Origin: Squalus acanthias
Lineage: Eukaryota
DNA: 64,000 nucleotides
Reading direction: 5' to 3'
Assembly: GCA_030390025.1 (NCBI GenBank)
Contig: CM059425.1
Location: 226,858,001 to 226,922,000, forward strand
Shown here: piece after piece, positions 50,891-62,725 of the stretch
How the letters are laid out: each line of letters begins with the position of its first letter
Numbering within the stretch: the first letter of the stretch is position 1
Program-made: the position numbers and the translations under genes
Notes under the pieces: model-generated
Seen by the model: only the letters and a program-made list of their open reading frames with translations
Told to the model about the DNA's origin: nothing
The model's database searches: none

Positions 50891-51367
50891 TCTATGATTT
50901 GCGTTGTTACATTGTGATAATAGCATTAAATAAAAATCAAATGAATGCTACATCGCATGGGATTTTATTCAGTGTCATCTCTCAGCCAACCTAGGTGCAA
51001 ACGACAAAGCGACAAAACGTTTTGACTCAAGAATAAGAATTGGTGGAAACACTTAGCGTCCAGTCAGCATCTGTGGAGAGAGCAGAGGAGTTCAGTTCTG
51101 ACTTTCCTATCTCTGTAACTTCCTCCAGTCCTACAATCCTCCAAGAACTCTGTTCCTCTAGTCTATTGTGCATCCCCACTCCCCACCATTGGCGGTCGTG
51201 CCTTCAGCCGTGTACGCCCCAAGCTCTGGAATTCCTTCCCTAAACCTCCCTGTCTCTCTACCTCCCTCTCCTACTAAACAACCAACATAAATAGAATCAC
51301 AGGAAATACACTGGCACGCCCCACTAAAAATTAGATTTTGGTGGACTGTGGTAAATTTCACGTAGAT

Positions 51368-51790
51368 GGCAGCTATGGCTCAATAGTAGCACACTCGCCT
51401 CTGAGTCAGAAGGTTGTGGGTTCAAGTCCCACTCCAGGGACTTGAGCACATAAATCTAGGCTGACACTCCAGTGCAGTGCTGAGGGTGTGCTGCACTGTC
51501 GGAGGTGCCATCTTTCGGATGAGACGGTAAACCGAGGCCCCGTCTGCTCTCTCAGGTGGACGTAAAAGATCCCATGGCACTATTTCGAAGAAGAGCAGGG
51601 GAGTTATCCCCGGTGTCCTGGCCAATATTTATCCCTCAATCGACATAACAAAAACAGATTATCTGGTCATTATCACATTGCTGCTTGTGGGAGCTTGCTG
51701 TGTGCAAATTGGCTACCACATTACAACAGTGACTCCAAAAGTGCTTCATTGGCTGTAAAGTGCTTTGAGACGTCCAGTGGTCCTGTAGCA
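51368..51790 (+). mobile_element. DeuSINE/SacSINE1-like SINE, full length
   Basis: tRNA head (TGGCTCAATAGT...GGTTCAAGTCCC) followed by the Deu-like central domain. Confidence 0.85.
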
Positions 51791-51800
51791 TAGAGGCACT

Positions 51801-52661
51801 GGGCTAGAATCTGCTGTCAATGGCACTCGCTGTTATTTATACGTAATTGGTACAGCAACTTCAGGCGAGGAGCAGATGCGTGGTTAAATGCAGATATCCA
51901 AAAGTTGCTTTGCAGAAAAGGCATTTCGCTATCTGCCTCACCATTGACCTGCATTGAATGTCATGAGGTTGCTGTGTTTGCACGGTAGATATGAATTGAA
52001 CTCGCTGTAGATATTTAGGGCTAGTAATTAGTGGCGTAAGCAATGTTCTCGTTAATTTTTTGGGTGCGCGGCCCCTTTAAGGGGCTGCGCTGCCCATTCA
52101 AAATACCGTGTGTGCGCGGTTTTTCGCATTGAAAAGATGGTGAGCTGGCTGCGTGGGAAGTCCAGAGAGCTGCGCGGCCGCACAGCGTAAAAGGAACATT
52201 GAGCATAAATACCCTTTTGCTGACGTGATAGTTGTTAATTGCTGCCAATTAACCTCTCTGGCACTGAAAATTAACTATTACAAGTGTGGAGTCTCATTCC
52301 TTCAGATTTTGAATTTTTCAGAGAGATTTTTAAAATGTCAAATTTAAATGAAAACATTTTTTTCTTACTTTTCCTTTGTTTCTTTTTTCTCTCTTAATCC
52401 AATCTTTCTTTCCCTCCCTTTATTTCTCTTTCTGTAGCTGATTTGACATTGAATTCGCCCACTTCAATTCACCCCCCTTCTCAGTCCCTCTCCTGTTTAT
52501 TTCCAAATCCTTGGTTGCCCTGTTCACTCAGGTCTCAGATGCCCTGTTACCCTCGCTGCGCTGTTATCAGCTCGCACTTTCAGCAACTTTGTGGGCAAAA
52601 CTTTTTTGAGCTAACTAACGGCAGACGCCATTAGATGTCCCGTGACAGCAAAATCTGGTCC
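51801..52661. mobile_element. Non-autonomous Harbinger-type element with a nested hAT MITE (52041-52201)
   Basis: TIRs GGGCTAGAATCTGCTGTC / GACAGCAAAATCTGGTCC with a 3-bp TSD ACT. The nested MITE has CAATGTTC...GAACATTG ends. Confidence 0.75.
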
Positions 52662-53801
52662 ACTATCTTTTCCAAGCAGCATGACTTTGAAAGGAGGTCT
52701 TGAAGCAGGGTTAGAGGGGCCAACAATCTGCGAGGCAGTGTTCGCAGCACTTACACTGGGACCAGGTCCGCGGGGGACCTCCATCAGTGACACTAGCGGA
52801 TCTTCTGGATTCAGGGGAAGTTTCCCTCGTTATCATGCCCCTAGTGGGCACCCACGTCACTAAGGAAAATTTTGGAGTGCCCTCAATGCTGGGGAGGCTG
52901 GAAAGTCCAGAACAAGACTGGTGGGTCAGGGAAGGAGTGTCCGTTACCAACTCCCCTGCCCAGAAATATTACAGCTTCCCCCAGGCCTCCTTGGCAAGTA
53001 GGCCAGCTAAAAATGACAATGCCATAGAATAGGCCTTCCTTCCGCTACCCCACCAGACCTTTGAGAGACTGGGTTCACGGGAACACTTGACCTAGCGAGT
53101 CCTTCCCCCACATCCCACAGCCTCCTGCCTCAGTAGCCATGTTGGGATGAGCAGAGGATCTGCCCCCACATTGCGCAGACGGAAACTCGGGGGCAAGATC
53201 AGGACCTAATTATTTGCGATCCTTTTGTTGCACTCCCTTCGGTAGGAGTGCGCCGCAAGGACCGTGGATTATCAGCCCCAGAATTTCACAGCACAGAAAG
53301 AGGCCATTCAGCCCATCATGCTGGGCCATTAACTGAAAGCTCTCCACTTAGTACCATTCCCCTGTCCTTTTCCTATGACCTTTTAATTTCTTCTTTTTCA
53401 AATATTTATCCACTTCCCTTTTAAAAAAGCAATTATAGATTCTGTTTCCACCACTGTTTCTGGTAAGGCATTCCATGTCTTAACAACCCTCTGAGTGAAA
53501 AAAAAATCCTTTACCCTCGCAATTTGTTCTTTTGATGATCTTAAATTTATGTTTTCTCACTGACCAGTAGAAATATTTTTTTCTCATTTATCTCCTCAAA
53601 CCCCCTCAATTGTTGAACACCTCTATCCAATCTCCTGTTAATTTTCTTTGTTCTAATCAAAGAATCCCCATTTTCTCTAATCTCGCCTCATAACTAAGGC
53701 CTCTCATCCCTGGTATCATCTCAGTAAATCTCTTCTGCAATCATCCATGGCCTTGGCATCCCTCTTAGTATAAGGCACCCAAAACAGGACATATTCTAAC
53801 T

Positions 53802-55805
53802 AAAATAAAAACAGAAAATGCTGGAAATACCCAGCAGGTCAGGCAGCATCTGCGGAGAGAGAAACAGAGTTAACATTTCAGGTCAATGACCTTTCATCAG
53901 AACTAGAAAAAATTAGAGATGTAACAGATTTTAAGCAAGTGCAGGGGCAGGGAAAGGGGGGGGCAGGAAAGAACAAAAGGGAAGGTCTGTGATAGGGTGG
54001 AAGGCAGGAGAGATTACATGACAAAAAGTATGATAGTACAAAGCAAAAAGAAATGGTAATGGGACAAGTAAAGAAACAAAAGATGAGCCTAGAAGAGGAG
54101 TAAATGGGAATGGCAGAACCATCAACAGTTGCCATCTGAATAATTAGGGGTAGAGGTTATGGTCTGAAATTGTTGAACTCGATGTTGAGTCCAGAAGGCT
54201 GTCAAGTGCCTAATCAAGAGATGAGGTGCTGTTCCTCGCGCTTACATTGAGCTTCATTGGAACAGTGTAAGAGGCCAAGAACAGAGAGGTCAGAGTGGGA
54301 GTGGAGTCGAGAATTAAAGTGACAGGCGACCGGAAGCTTGGTGTCATGCCTACCGACTGAACGGAGGTGTTCTACAAAGCAGTCACCCAATCTGCGTTTG
54401 GTCTCCTCAATGTAGAGGAGACCGCATCATGAACAGCGAATACAGTATACTAAATTGAAAGTAGTACAAGTAAGTCGCTGTTTCACCTGGAAGGAGTGTT
54501 TGGGGCCCTGGACAGTGGGAAGGGAGGAGGTAAAAGGGCAGGTGTTGCATCTCCTGCGCTTGCACGGGAAGGTGCCGTGGGGAGGGGAAGGGATGTTGGG
54601 GGTGATTGAGGAGTGGACCAGGATGTTGTGGAGGGAGCAGTCCCTTCGGAATGCTGAAAGGGGAGGGGAAGGGAAGATGTGTTTAGTGGTGGGATCACAC
54701 TGGAGGTGGCGGAAATGGCGGAGGATGATCCGTTGACTGTAGAGGCTGGTAGGGTGAAAGGTGAGGACAAGAGGAACCCTATCGTGGTTCTGGGAGGGAG
54801 GGGAAGGGGTGAGAGCAAAAGTGTGGGAAATGGAACAGACACAGTCGAGTGCCATGTCAACCATGGTAGAGGGGAATCCTTGGTTGAGAAAAAAGGAAGA
54901 CACTATTATGGAAGGTGGCATCGTTAGAACAGATGCGACGGAGATGGAGAAACTGGGAGAATGGGAAAGAGTCCTTATAGGAAGCGAGATGGGAGGAAGT
55001 GTAGTCCCGGTAGCTGTGGGAGTCAGTGGGCTTATAGTGGATGTTTGTAGATAGCCTATCCCCAGAAATGGAGATAGAGAAGTCGAGGAAGGGAAGGGAA
55101 GAGTTGGAGATGGACCATGTGAAGGTGAGAGAAGGGTGGAAATTGGAAGCAAAGTGAATGTAATTTTCTAGTTCAGGGCGAGAGCAGGAAACAGCACCGA
55201 TACAGTCATCAATGTACCGGAAATAGAGGTGAGGGAGGGGGCCTGAGTAGGACTGGAACAAAGAATGTTCCACATATCCCACAAAAAGGCAGGCATAGCT
55301 CGGACCCATGCGGGTTCCCATAGCAACACCTTTAGTTTGAAGGAAGTGAGTGGAGTCAAAGGAGAAGTTGTTCAATGTGAGAACAAGTTCAGCCAGGTGG
55401 AGGAGGGTGGTGGTGGATGGTGACTGGTTGGGTCTCTGTTCAAGGAAGAAGCGGAGCGCCCTCAGGCCGTCCTGGTGGGCGATGGAGGTGTAGAGGGATT
55501 GGACGTCCATAGTGAAAAGGAGACGGTTGGGGCCAGGAAACTGTAAACTGTTAAAGTGGCAGAGGGCGTCGGAAAAGTCGTGGATGTAGGTGGGAAGAGG
55601 CTGGACAAGGGGTGAAAAAATAGAGTTGAGATAGGAAGAAATCAGTTCCATGGGGCAAGAACAGGCTGAAACGATGGGCCTACCAGGGCAGTCCTGTTTG
55701 TGGATCTTGGAAAGGAGGTAGAAGCGGGCTGTGCGTGGTTGGGGGACTATGAGGTTGGCGGCCGTGGAAGGAAGATCTCCAGAGGAGGTGAGGTCAGTGA
55801 CAGTC
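53802..55805 (-). mobile_element. Penelope-like retroelement (RT + GIY-YIG), 5'-truncated, inserted in a CR1 3' fragment
   Basis: MDVQSLYTSI, GVAMGTRMGPSYA, FRYIDD and NLVYCIRC motifs. 10-bp TSD tattctaact (53792-53801 / 55806-55815). Confidence 0.92.
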
Positions 55806-56056
55806 TATTCTAACTTTCTAACTGTCGTCTAACCAGTGATTTGTATAACCAGCTGGTACGAGAAAACTACAGTAGAGAGCATCTCTTCTGTATATAAACA
55901 GCACTGGAGGCTAGCAGTTCATCATAGGCTTTACTGCAAAGTGTTTGCAGCCACTGCAGGCAACTACCCTGTTCCAAAGTTCTTATAGAGTCACAAGCAT
56001 TGCACAGATCAGGCACCATAGAGAGACTGTTCGTTCTTAATCTTTTCTATTAATGA

Positions 56057-56142
56057 GAAGTCGCACAACACCAGGTTATAGTCCAACAGTTTTATTTGAA
56101 ATCACAAGCTTTCGGAGCGCTGCTCCTTCGTCAGGTGAAGTG
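56057..56142 (-). mobile_element. Short Penelope-type terminal repeat with a minimal hammerhead ribozyme motif
   Basis: Minus strand TCAC-CTGACGA-AGGAGCAGCGCTCC-GAAAGCTT-GTGA. 14-bp flanking direct repeat ttttctattaatga. Confidence 0.75.
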
Positions 56143-56349
56143 TTTCTATTTTCTATTTTCTATTAATGAAACACTGTAGAATGAATTAGTGCATGATAGC
56201 ATGTTCTTCTGATAAAGATGCCACAAAGGGCTGCAGTGGTAGCAGTCTTGCCTGTGAGTCAGAAGGTCGTGGGTTCAAGTCCCATACTGGAGATTTGACG
56301 TTAAGCCGAGGCTCCATTTGCCCTCTTGGATGGACATAAAAGACCCTTT

Positions 56350-57390
56350 GGACGTTCATGTACACTACATCAACCGCATTGCCCTCATAAACCTTCTCTG
56401 TTACCTCATCAAAAAACTCAATCAAGTTAGTTAAACATGATTTGCCTTTAACAGATCCATGCTGGCTTTCCTTAATGAAGCCACACTTGTCCAAGTGACT
56501 GTTAATTTTGTCCCGGATTATCGTTTCTAAAAGCTTTCCCGCTACCGAGGTTAAACTGACTGGCCTGTAGTTGCTGGGTTTATCCTTACACTTACAATTC
56601 TCCAGTCCTCTGGCACCACCCCCGTATCTAAGGAGGATTGGAAGATTATGGCCAGTACCTATGCAATTTCCACCTTTACTTCCCTCAGCATCCTAGGATG
56701 CATCCCTTCCGGTCCTGGTGACTTATCCACTTTAATTACAGCCAGCCTTTCTAGTACCTCCTCTTTATCAATTTTTATCCCATCCATTATCTCAACTACC
56801 TCCTCTTTCACAATGACTTTGGCAGCATCTTCTTTCTTGGTAAAGTCAGATGCAAAGTACTCATTTAGCCGTCTGCCTCCATGCGTAGGTCTCCATTTTG
56901 GTCCCTAATCGGCCCCACCCTCCTCTTATTACCCGTTTACTATTCATATGCCTATAGAAGACTTTTGGATTCCCTTTTATGTTAGCTGCCAATCTATTCT
57001 CATACTCTCTCTTTGCCCCTCTTATTTCCTTTTTCACTTCCCCTCTCAACTTTCTATCTTCAGCCTGGTTCACACTTGTATTCTCAACGTGACATCTGTC
57101 ATACGCCCCCTTTTTTTGCTTCATCTTACTCTCTATCTCTTTCATCATCCAGGGAGCTCTGACTTTGGTTGCCCTACCATTCCCGCACATGGGAATGTAC
57201 CTCGACTGTACCCGAACCATCTCCTCTTTAAAGGCCGCCCATTGTTCAATTACAGTTTCTTAGTTAAAGTCTTAATTCAAACGATTATTTATAGTTATAT
57301 TAATTAGTTTATCTAGTTACATTAGAGAGAAAAGAAAAACGCTAATACTCACCCAGCAATCACCTACCTGCCGTCCTGTGACGTCACTCC
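56350..57390 (-). mobile_element. Internally deleted CR1 (ORF2 middle joined to a probable 5' UTR segment)
   Basis: QHGSVKGKSCLTNL, SPGP.GMHPRML and NIKGNPKVFY motifs. 57260-57390 is non-coding and ends in gtgacgtcac. Confidence 0.75.
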
Positions 57391-57893
57391 TTGCAGGAGA
57401 AAGAGCACAGAACAGCAGGGAGAGGCAGAGAACCGGAGGTAGCCCTCCAGCCATCTTGATACTGACAGCTGCAGAGGAGGAGGCTCTGGAGATCAGCGGA
57501 GTCTTGGCATGCCTGGACGTCGGAGATGGGGACCTCTCAGCTACCTGGCGACACAATTAAATATTAACCAGCCACATGTCAGACGGCAATTTGTCATGTT
57601 GACTTAATGTCAACAGCGAGTGAAATATTATCATGTTCATAATGATAACTTCCAACATTCTTACCTTGCCAGTACTCATTCATGTCTTTTTACCTCCCAC
57701 AGGGCCTTCATTGTGTGCAGCAGCAGTCGGTGGAGGTCGCGGATGACGATTCCTCAGAGGAGCTGAGTCCTTCTGAGGGTGCACCATCACAGGACTCATG
57801 CAGACCATGCACCAGCTCAGATACTCGCACTCTGGTGGGACCAGTAAGAGAGATAGTTGGGTTTTCACCTGGTGACTCACACTTCACAAGTAT
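57390..57893 (+). pseudogene. Probable remnant of the Harbinger Myb/SANT-like accessory gene
   Basis: RQRTGGSPPAILILTAAEEEALEISG resembles the TGGG-P..LT..EE segment of NAIF1/MSANTD-like Harbinger proteins. A second exon-like piece follows cctcccacag at about 57701. Confidence 0.6.
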
Positions 57894-58169
57894 TACTCAT
57901 CATTTAGAAAGGCACGGATTAATCAAGGACAGTCAGCATGGATTTGTTAACGGAAGTTCGTGTCTGACTAACTTGATTGAATTTTTTGTGGAGGTAACAA
58001 GGAGGGTTGATGAGGGTAGTGCATTTGATGTAGTCTACGTGGATTTTAGCAAGGCTTTTGACAAGGTCCCACATGGCAGACTGGTCAGAAAAGTAAAAGC
58101 CCTTGGGACCCAAGGGAAAGTGGCAAGTTGCATGTGGTTGTGAGATGGGTGCACTGGTGGAACCTAAGT

Positions 58170-59460
58170 GAACCTCAGTAATCAGGGCATCCCTGGCAGC
58201 AATGTGCGCAGCTGGTGGTGCATTGCCCTCATCACCTTCCACCCCCTTGTCTTCCTCTGAAGAGACTCTGAGCTCTGCAGCTTGTTCCTCCTGCAGGATC
58301 AAACCTCGCTGCTGTGCAATGTTGTGCAGAGCACAGCACACCACGACCATTCTGGAGACCCTGGCAGGTGCGTACTGAAGGGCGTCTCCATATCTGCCAA
58401 GGCACCTGAAGCGCATCTTCAGCATGCCAATGGCTTGCTCGGTGACACAATTGGTGGTGACAATGGCACAGATTATAACGCTCCTGGGCCTCATTCCTCG
58501 GGTTTCTGAGAGGTGTCATCAGCCACGTTTCAAGTGGGTATCCCTTGTCTCTGAGCAGCCAGCTGGTAACTCTAATTCCAGGTGCGAAGACGTCATAGGT
58601 TGGACTGCCGCAGGACAAAAGCATCATGGCAGCCGCCCGGGAATCTTGTGCAAATCTGCATAAAGATCTTTTTGTGGTTGCACACCAGCTGCACATTGAT
58701 GGAGTGCAAGCCCTTGCGGTTGACGAATACACCTGGTTAATCTGGAGGTGCCTGGATTGCCACGGGCGTGCAGTCGATGACGCCCTGCACCTGTGGGAAG
58801 CCAGCCAGAGCCGCAAAGCCGAGTGTCCGCTCATTCTGACTGGGGCCATCGCAGACAAAGTTGACATAATTGCCGGCTCTGGCGAACAAGACACCAGTCA
58901 CCTGTCTTATGCGTTTCTAGGCCGCTGACTGGGAGATCCTGCAAATGTCTCCAGCATAGCCCTCGAAGGAACCAGAGGCAAAAAAGTTGAGGGCAGTGGG
59001 GACTTTGACAGCCACTGGTACAGCATGGCCACCAGGTCCAGCTGGCAGCAGGTTCTTCCAGCAGGCTTCAGATTTCTGCCACCAATGTTCCTGTTAAGTT
59101 GTGTGACCGCACAGCGATATGCAGGTCCCACGCAGGCTGCTCAACGGCCTCGTAATGGGGCTGCGCACCCAAAAATAATTAACAGGAACATTGTCTGCCA
59201 CCAACTGACATGAAACCCTGAGCCTCCGGAGACACTGGTGTTCAGACATGTCGATGAAGCTGATCCTCTACCTGTACACTGTGCAGTGGGTATGGCCTCC
59301 TGCGAGCTGCAGCTCCAGCTCCCTGCCCTGCTGCTCCCCTTTGTCCTGTGCAGCTACAGGTCTGTGACCAGCAGGCTGCTGCTGGTCATCTTGGTCCTCA
59401 TCTAAGGTCCAATCTAAGGCAGCATAAGCGGCACCCATCCTGATGTAATAGATCAAATCT
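58170..59460 (-). mobile_element. PIF/Harbinger transposase (HARBI1-like DDE_Tnp_4), frameshifted
   Basis: [37 protein letters not shown] and CCALHNIA motifs. Confidence 0.9.
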
Positions 59461-59734
59461 CCAAAGTGTATAAGAAACCTCCAAAGTGTAGAAAGGCAGC
59501 TCTCAGCAAACGTACTGTGAACACCCTTTTCCCCTAGCAGGTAACAAAGCAGCTGATTAAGGTAAGGGCCCTTAATGCAATTATATAGGGCCCTGGTGAG
59601 ACTACAACTGTGTACAATTTTGGTCTCCTTACCTAAGGAAGGATGTACTTGCCATAGAGGGAATGCAAAGAAGGTTCACCAGACTGGTTCCTGGGATGGG
59701 GTATTGTCCAATGAGGAGAGATTTTTTTTTTTTT

Positions 59735-62725
59735 TCGTTCATGGGATGTGGGCATTGCTGGCAAGGCCAGCATTTATTGCCCATCCCTAATTGCCCTTGA
59801 GAAGGTGGTGGTGAGCCGCCTTCTTGAACCACTGCAGTCCGTGCGTTGAAGGTACTCCCACAGTGCTGTTAGGGAGGGAGTTGCAGGATTTTGACCCAGT
59901 GATGATGAAGGAACGGCGATATACTTCCAAGTCAGGATGATGTGTGACTTGGAGGGGAACTTGCAGGTGGTGATGTTCCCATGCACCTGCTGCCCTTGTC
60001 CTTCTAAGTGGTAGAGGTCGGGGGTTTGGGAGGTGCTGCCGAAGGAGCCTTGGCGAGTTGCTGCAGTGCATCTTGTAGATGGTACACACTGCAGCCATGG
60101 TACGCCGGTGGTGGAGGGAGTGAATGTTTAAGGTGGTGGATGAGGTGCCAATCAAGCAGGCAGCTTTGTCCTGGATGGTGCCAAGCTTCTTGAGTGTTGT
60201 TGGAGCTGCACTCATCCAGGCAAGTGGAGAGTTTTCCATCAAACTCCTTACTTGTGCCTTGTAGATGGTGGAAAGGCTTTGGGGAGTCAGGAGGTGAGAC
60301 ACTTGCTGCAGAATACCTAGCCTCTGACCTGCTCTTGTTGCCATAGTATTTATGTGGCTGGTCCAATTAAGTTTCTGGTCAATGGTGACCCCCCAGGATG
60401 TTGATGGTGAGGGATTCGGCAATGGTAATGCCGTTGAATGTCAAGGGGCGGTGGTTAGACTCTCGCTTGTTGGAGATAGTCATTGCCTGGCACTTGTGTG
60501 GTGCCAATGTTACCTGCCACTTATCAGCCCAAGCCTGAACGTCGTCCAGGTCTTGTTGCATGCGGGCATGGACTGTTTCATGATCTAAGGAGTTGTGATT
60601 GGCATTGAACACTGTGCAGTCATCAGCGAACATCCCCATTTCTGACCTTATGTTGGAGGGAAGGTCATTGATGAAGCAGCTGAAGATGGTTGGACCTAGG
60701 ACACTGCCCTGAGGAACTCCTGCAGCGATGTCCTGGGGCTGTGATGATTGACCACCAACCACCACAACCATCTTCCTTTGTGCTAGGTATGACTCCAGCC
60801 AGTAGCGAGTTCCCCCCCCACCCCCCGATTCCCATTGACTTCAGTTTTACTAGGGCTCCTTGATGCCACACTCGGTCAAATGCAGCCTTGATGTCAAGGG
60901 CAGTTACTCTCAGCTCCTTTAAGAACATAAGAAATAGGAGCAGGGGTAGGCCATCCGGCTCTTCGAGCCTGCTCCGCCATTCAATGAGATCATGGCTGAT
61001 CTTCTGCCTCAACTCCATTCACCGGCCCTATCGCCATATCCCTTGATGCCCTTACTAGTCAGAAATCTATCGACTTCTGTTTTGAATATACCCAATGACT
61101 GAGCCTCCACAGCCCTCTGGGGTAGAGAATTCCAAAGATTCACCACCCTCTGTGTGAAGAAATTTCTTCTCATCTCAGTCCTGAATGGCCTACCCTTTAT
61201 CTTGAGGCTGTGGCCCCTGGTTCCAGACTCCCCAGCCAAGGGAAACATTCTCCCAGCATCCATCCTATCAAGCCCTCTAATAATTTTGTATGCTTCAATG
61301 AGATCCCCTCTCATTCTTCCGAATTCAAGACAATACAGGCCTAGTTTACTCAATCTCTTCTCATATGACAGTCCCGCCATCCCAGGAATCAATCTCGTGA
61401 ACCTTCATTGCACTCCCTCTATGGCAAGTATATCCTTCCTTTGTCCATGTTTGGACCAAGGCTGTAATGAGGTCTGGAGATGAGTGGTCCTGGCGGAACC
61501 CAAACTGGGCATCAGTGAGCAGGTTATTAGTGAATAAGTGCCGCTTGATAGCACTGTCGACGACACCTTCCATCACTTTGCTGATGATTGTGAGTAGACT
61601 GATGGGCGCGTAATTGGTCGTGTTGGATTTGTCCTGCTTTTTGTGGACAGGACATATCTGGGCAGTTTTCCACATTGTCTGGTAGATGCCAGTGTTGTAG
61701 CTGTACTGGAACAGCTTGACTAGAGGCACGGCTAGTTCTGGAGCACAAGTCTTCAGCACGACAGCCAGGATGTATCCAGTGCGCTCAGCCGTTTCTTGAT
61801 ATCACGTGGAGTGAATCAAATTGGCTGAAGACTGGCTTCTGTGATGGTGGGGACCTCAGGAGTAGGCTGATATGGATCATCCACTCGGCACTTCTGGCTG
61901 AAGATGATTGCAAACGCCTCAGCCTTGTCTTTTGCACTCACGTGCTGGGCTCCACCATCATTGAGGATGGGGATATTCATGGAGTCTCCTCCTCCCGTTA
62001 GTTGTTTAATGGTCCACCACCATTCACGACTGGATGTGGCAGGACTGCAGGGCTTTGATCTGATCTGTTAATTGTGGGATTGCTTAGCTCTGTCTATAGC
62101 ATGCTGCTTCTGCTGTTTAGCATGCATGTAGTCCTGCGTTGCAGCTTCCCCAGGTTGGCACATCATTTTTAGGTACGCCTGGTGCTGCTCCTGGCATGCT
62201 CTTCTACACTATTGAACCAGGGTTGGTCCTCTGGCTTGATGGTAATGGTGGAGTGAGGGATATGCTGGGCCATGAAGTTACAGATTGTGGTGGAATGCAA
62301 TTCTGCTGCTGCTGTTGGCCTGCAGCGCCTCATGGATGCCCAGTTTTGAGCTGCTAGATCTGTTCTGAATTTATCCCATTTAGCACGGTGGTAGTGCCAC
62401 ACACGATGGAGGGTGTTCTCAGTGTGAAGACGGGACTTTGTCTCTACAATGACTGGATGAGGACGAGGTCAAGTAGGTTCTTCGCTAGTGTTGGTTCTCT
62501 CACCACCTATCGCAATCAGCTATGTCCTTCAGGACTCGGCCATCTTGGTGATGGACATTGAAGTCCCCCACCCAGAGTACATCCTGTGCCCTTGCTACTC
62601 TCAGTGCTTCTTCCAAGTGGTGTTCAACATGGAGGAGTATTGATTCATCAGCTGAGGGAGGGCAGTAGGTGGTAATCAGCAGGAGGTTTCCTTGCCTATG
62701 CTTGATCTGAAGCCATGAGACTGAG
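59735..62725 (-). mobile_element. LINE family B copy with a nested CR1 3' end (about 60920-61436)
   Basis: Same endonuclease, RT and tail motifs as 7815-10925. The nested CR1 is flanked by tccttt. Confidence 0.9.

Noticed and set aside
57919-58894. Host HARBI1 gene
   Set aside because: Frameshifted, interrupted by repeats and paired with an accessory gene remnant, so it is a transposon copy.
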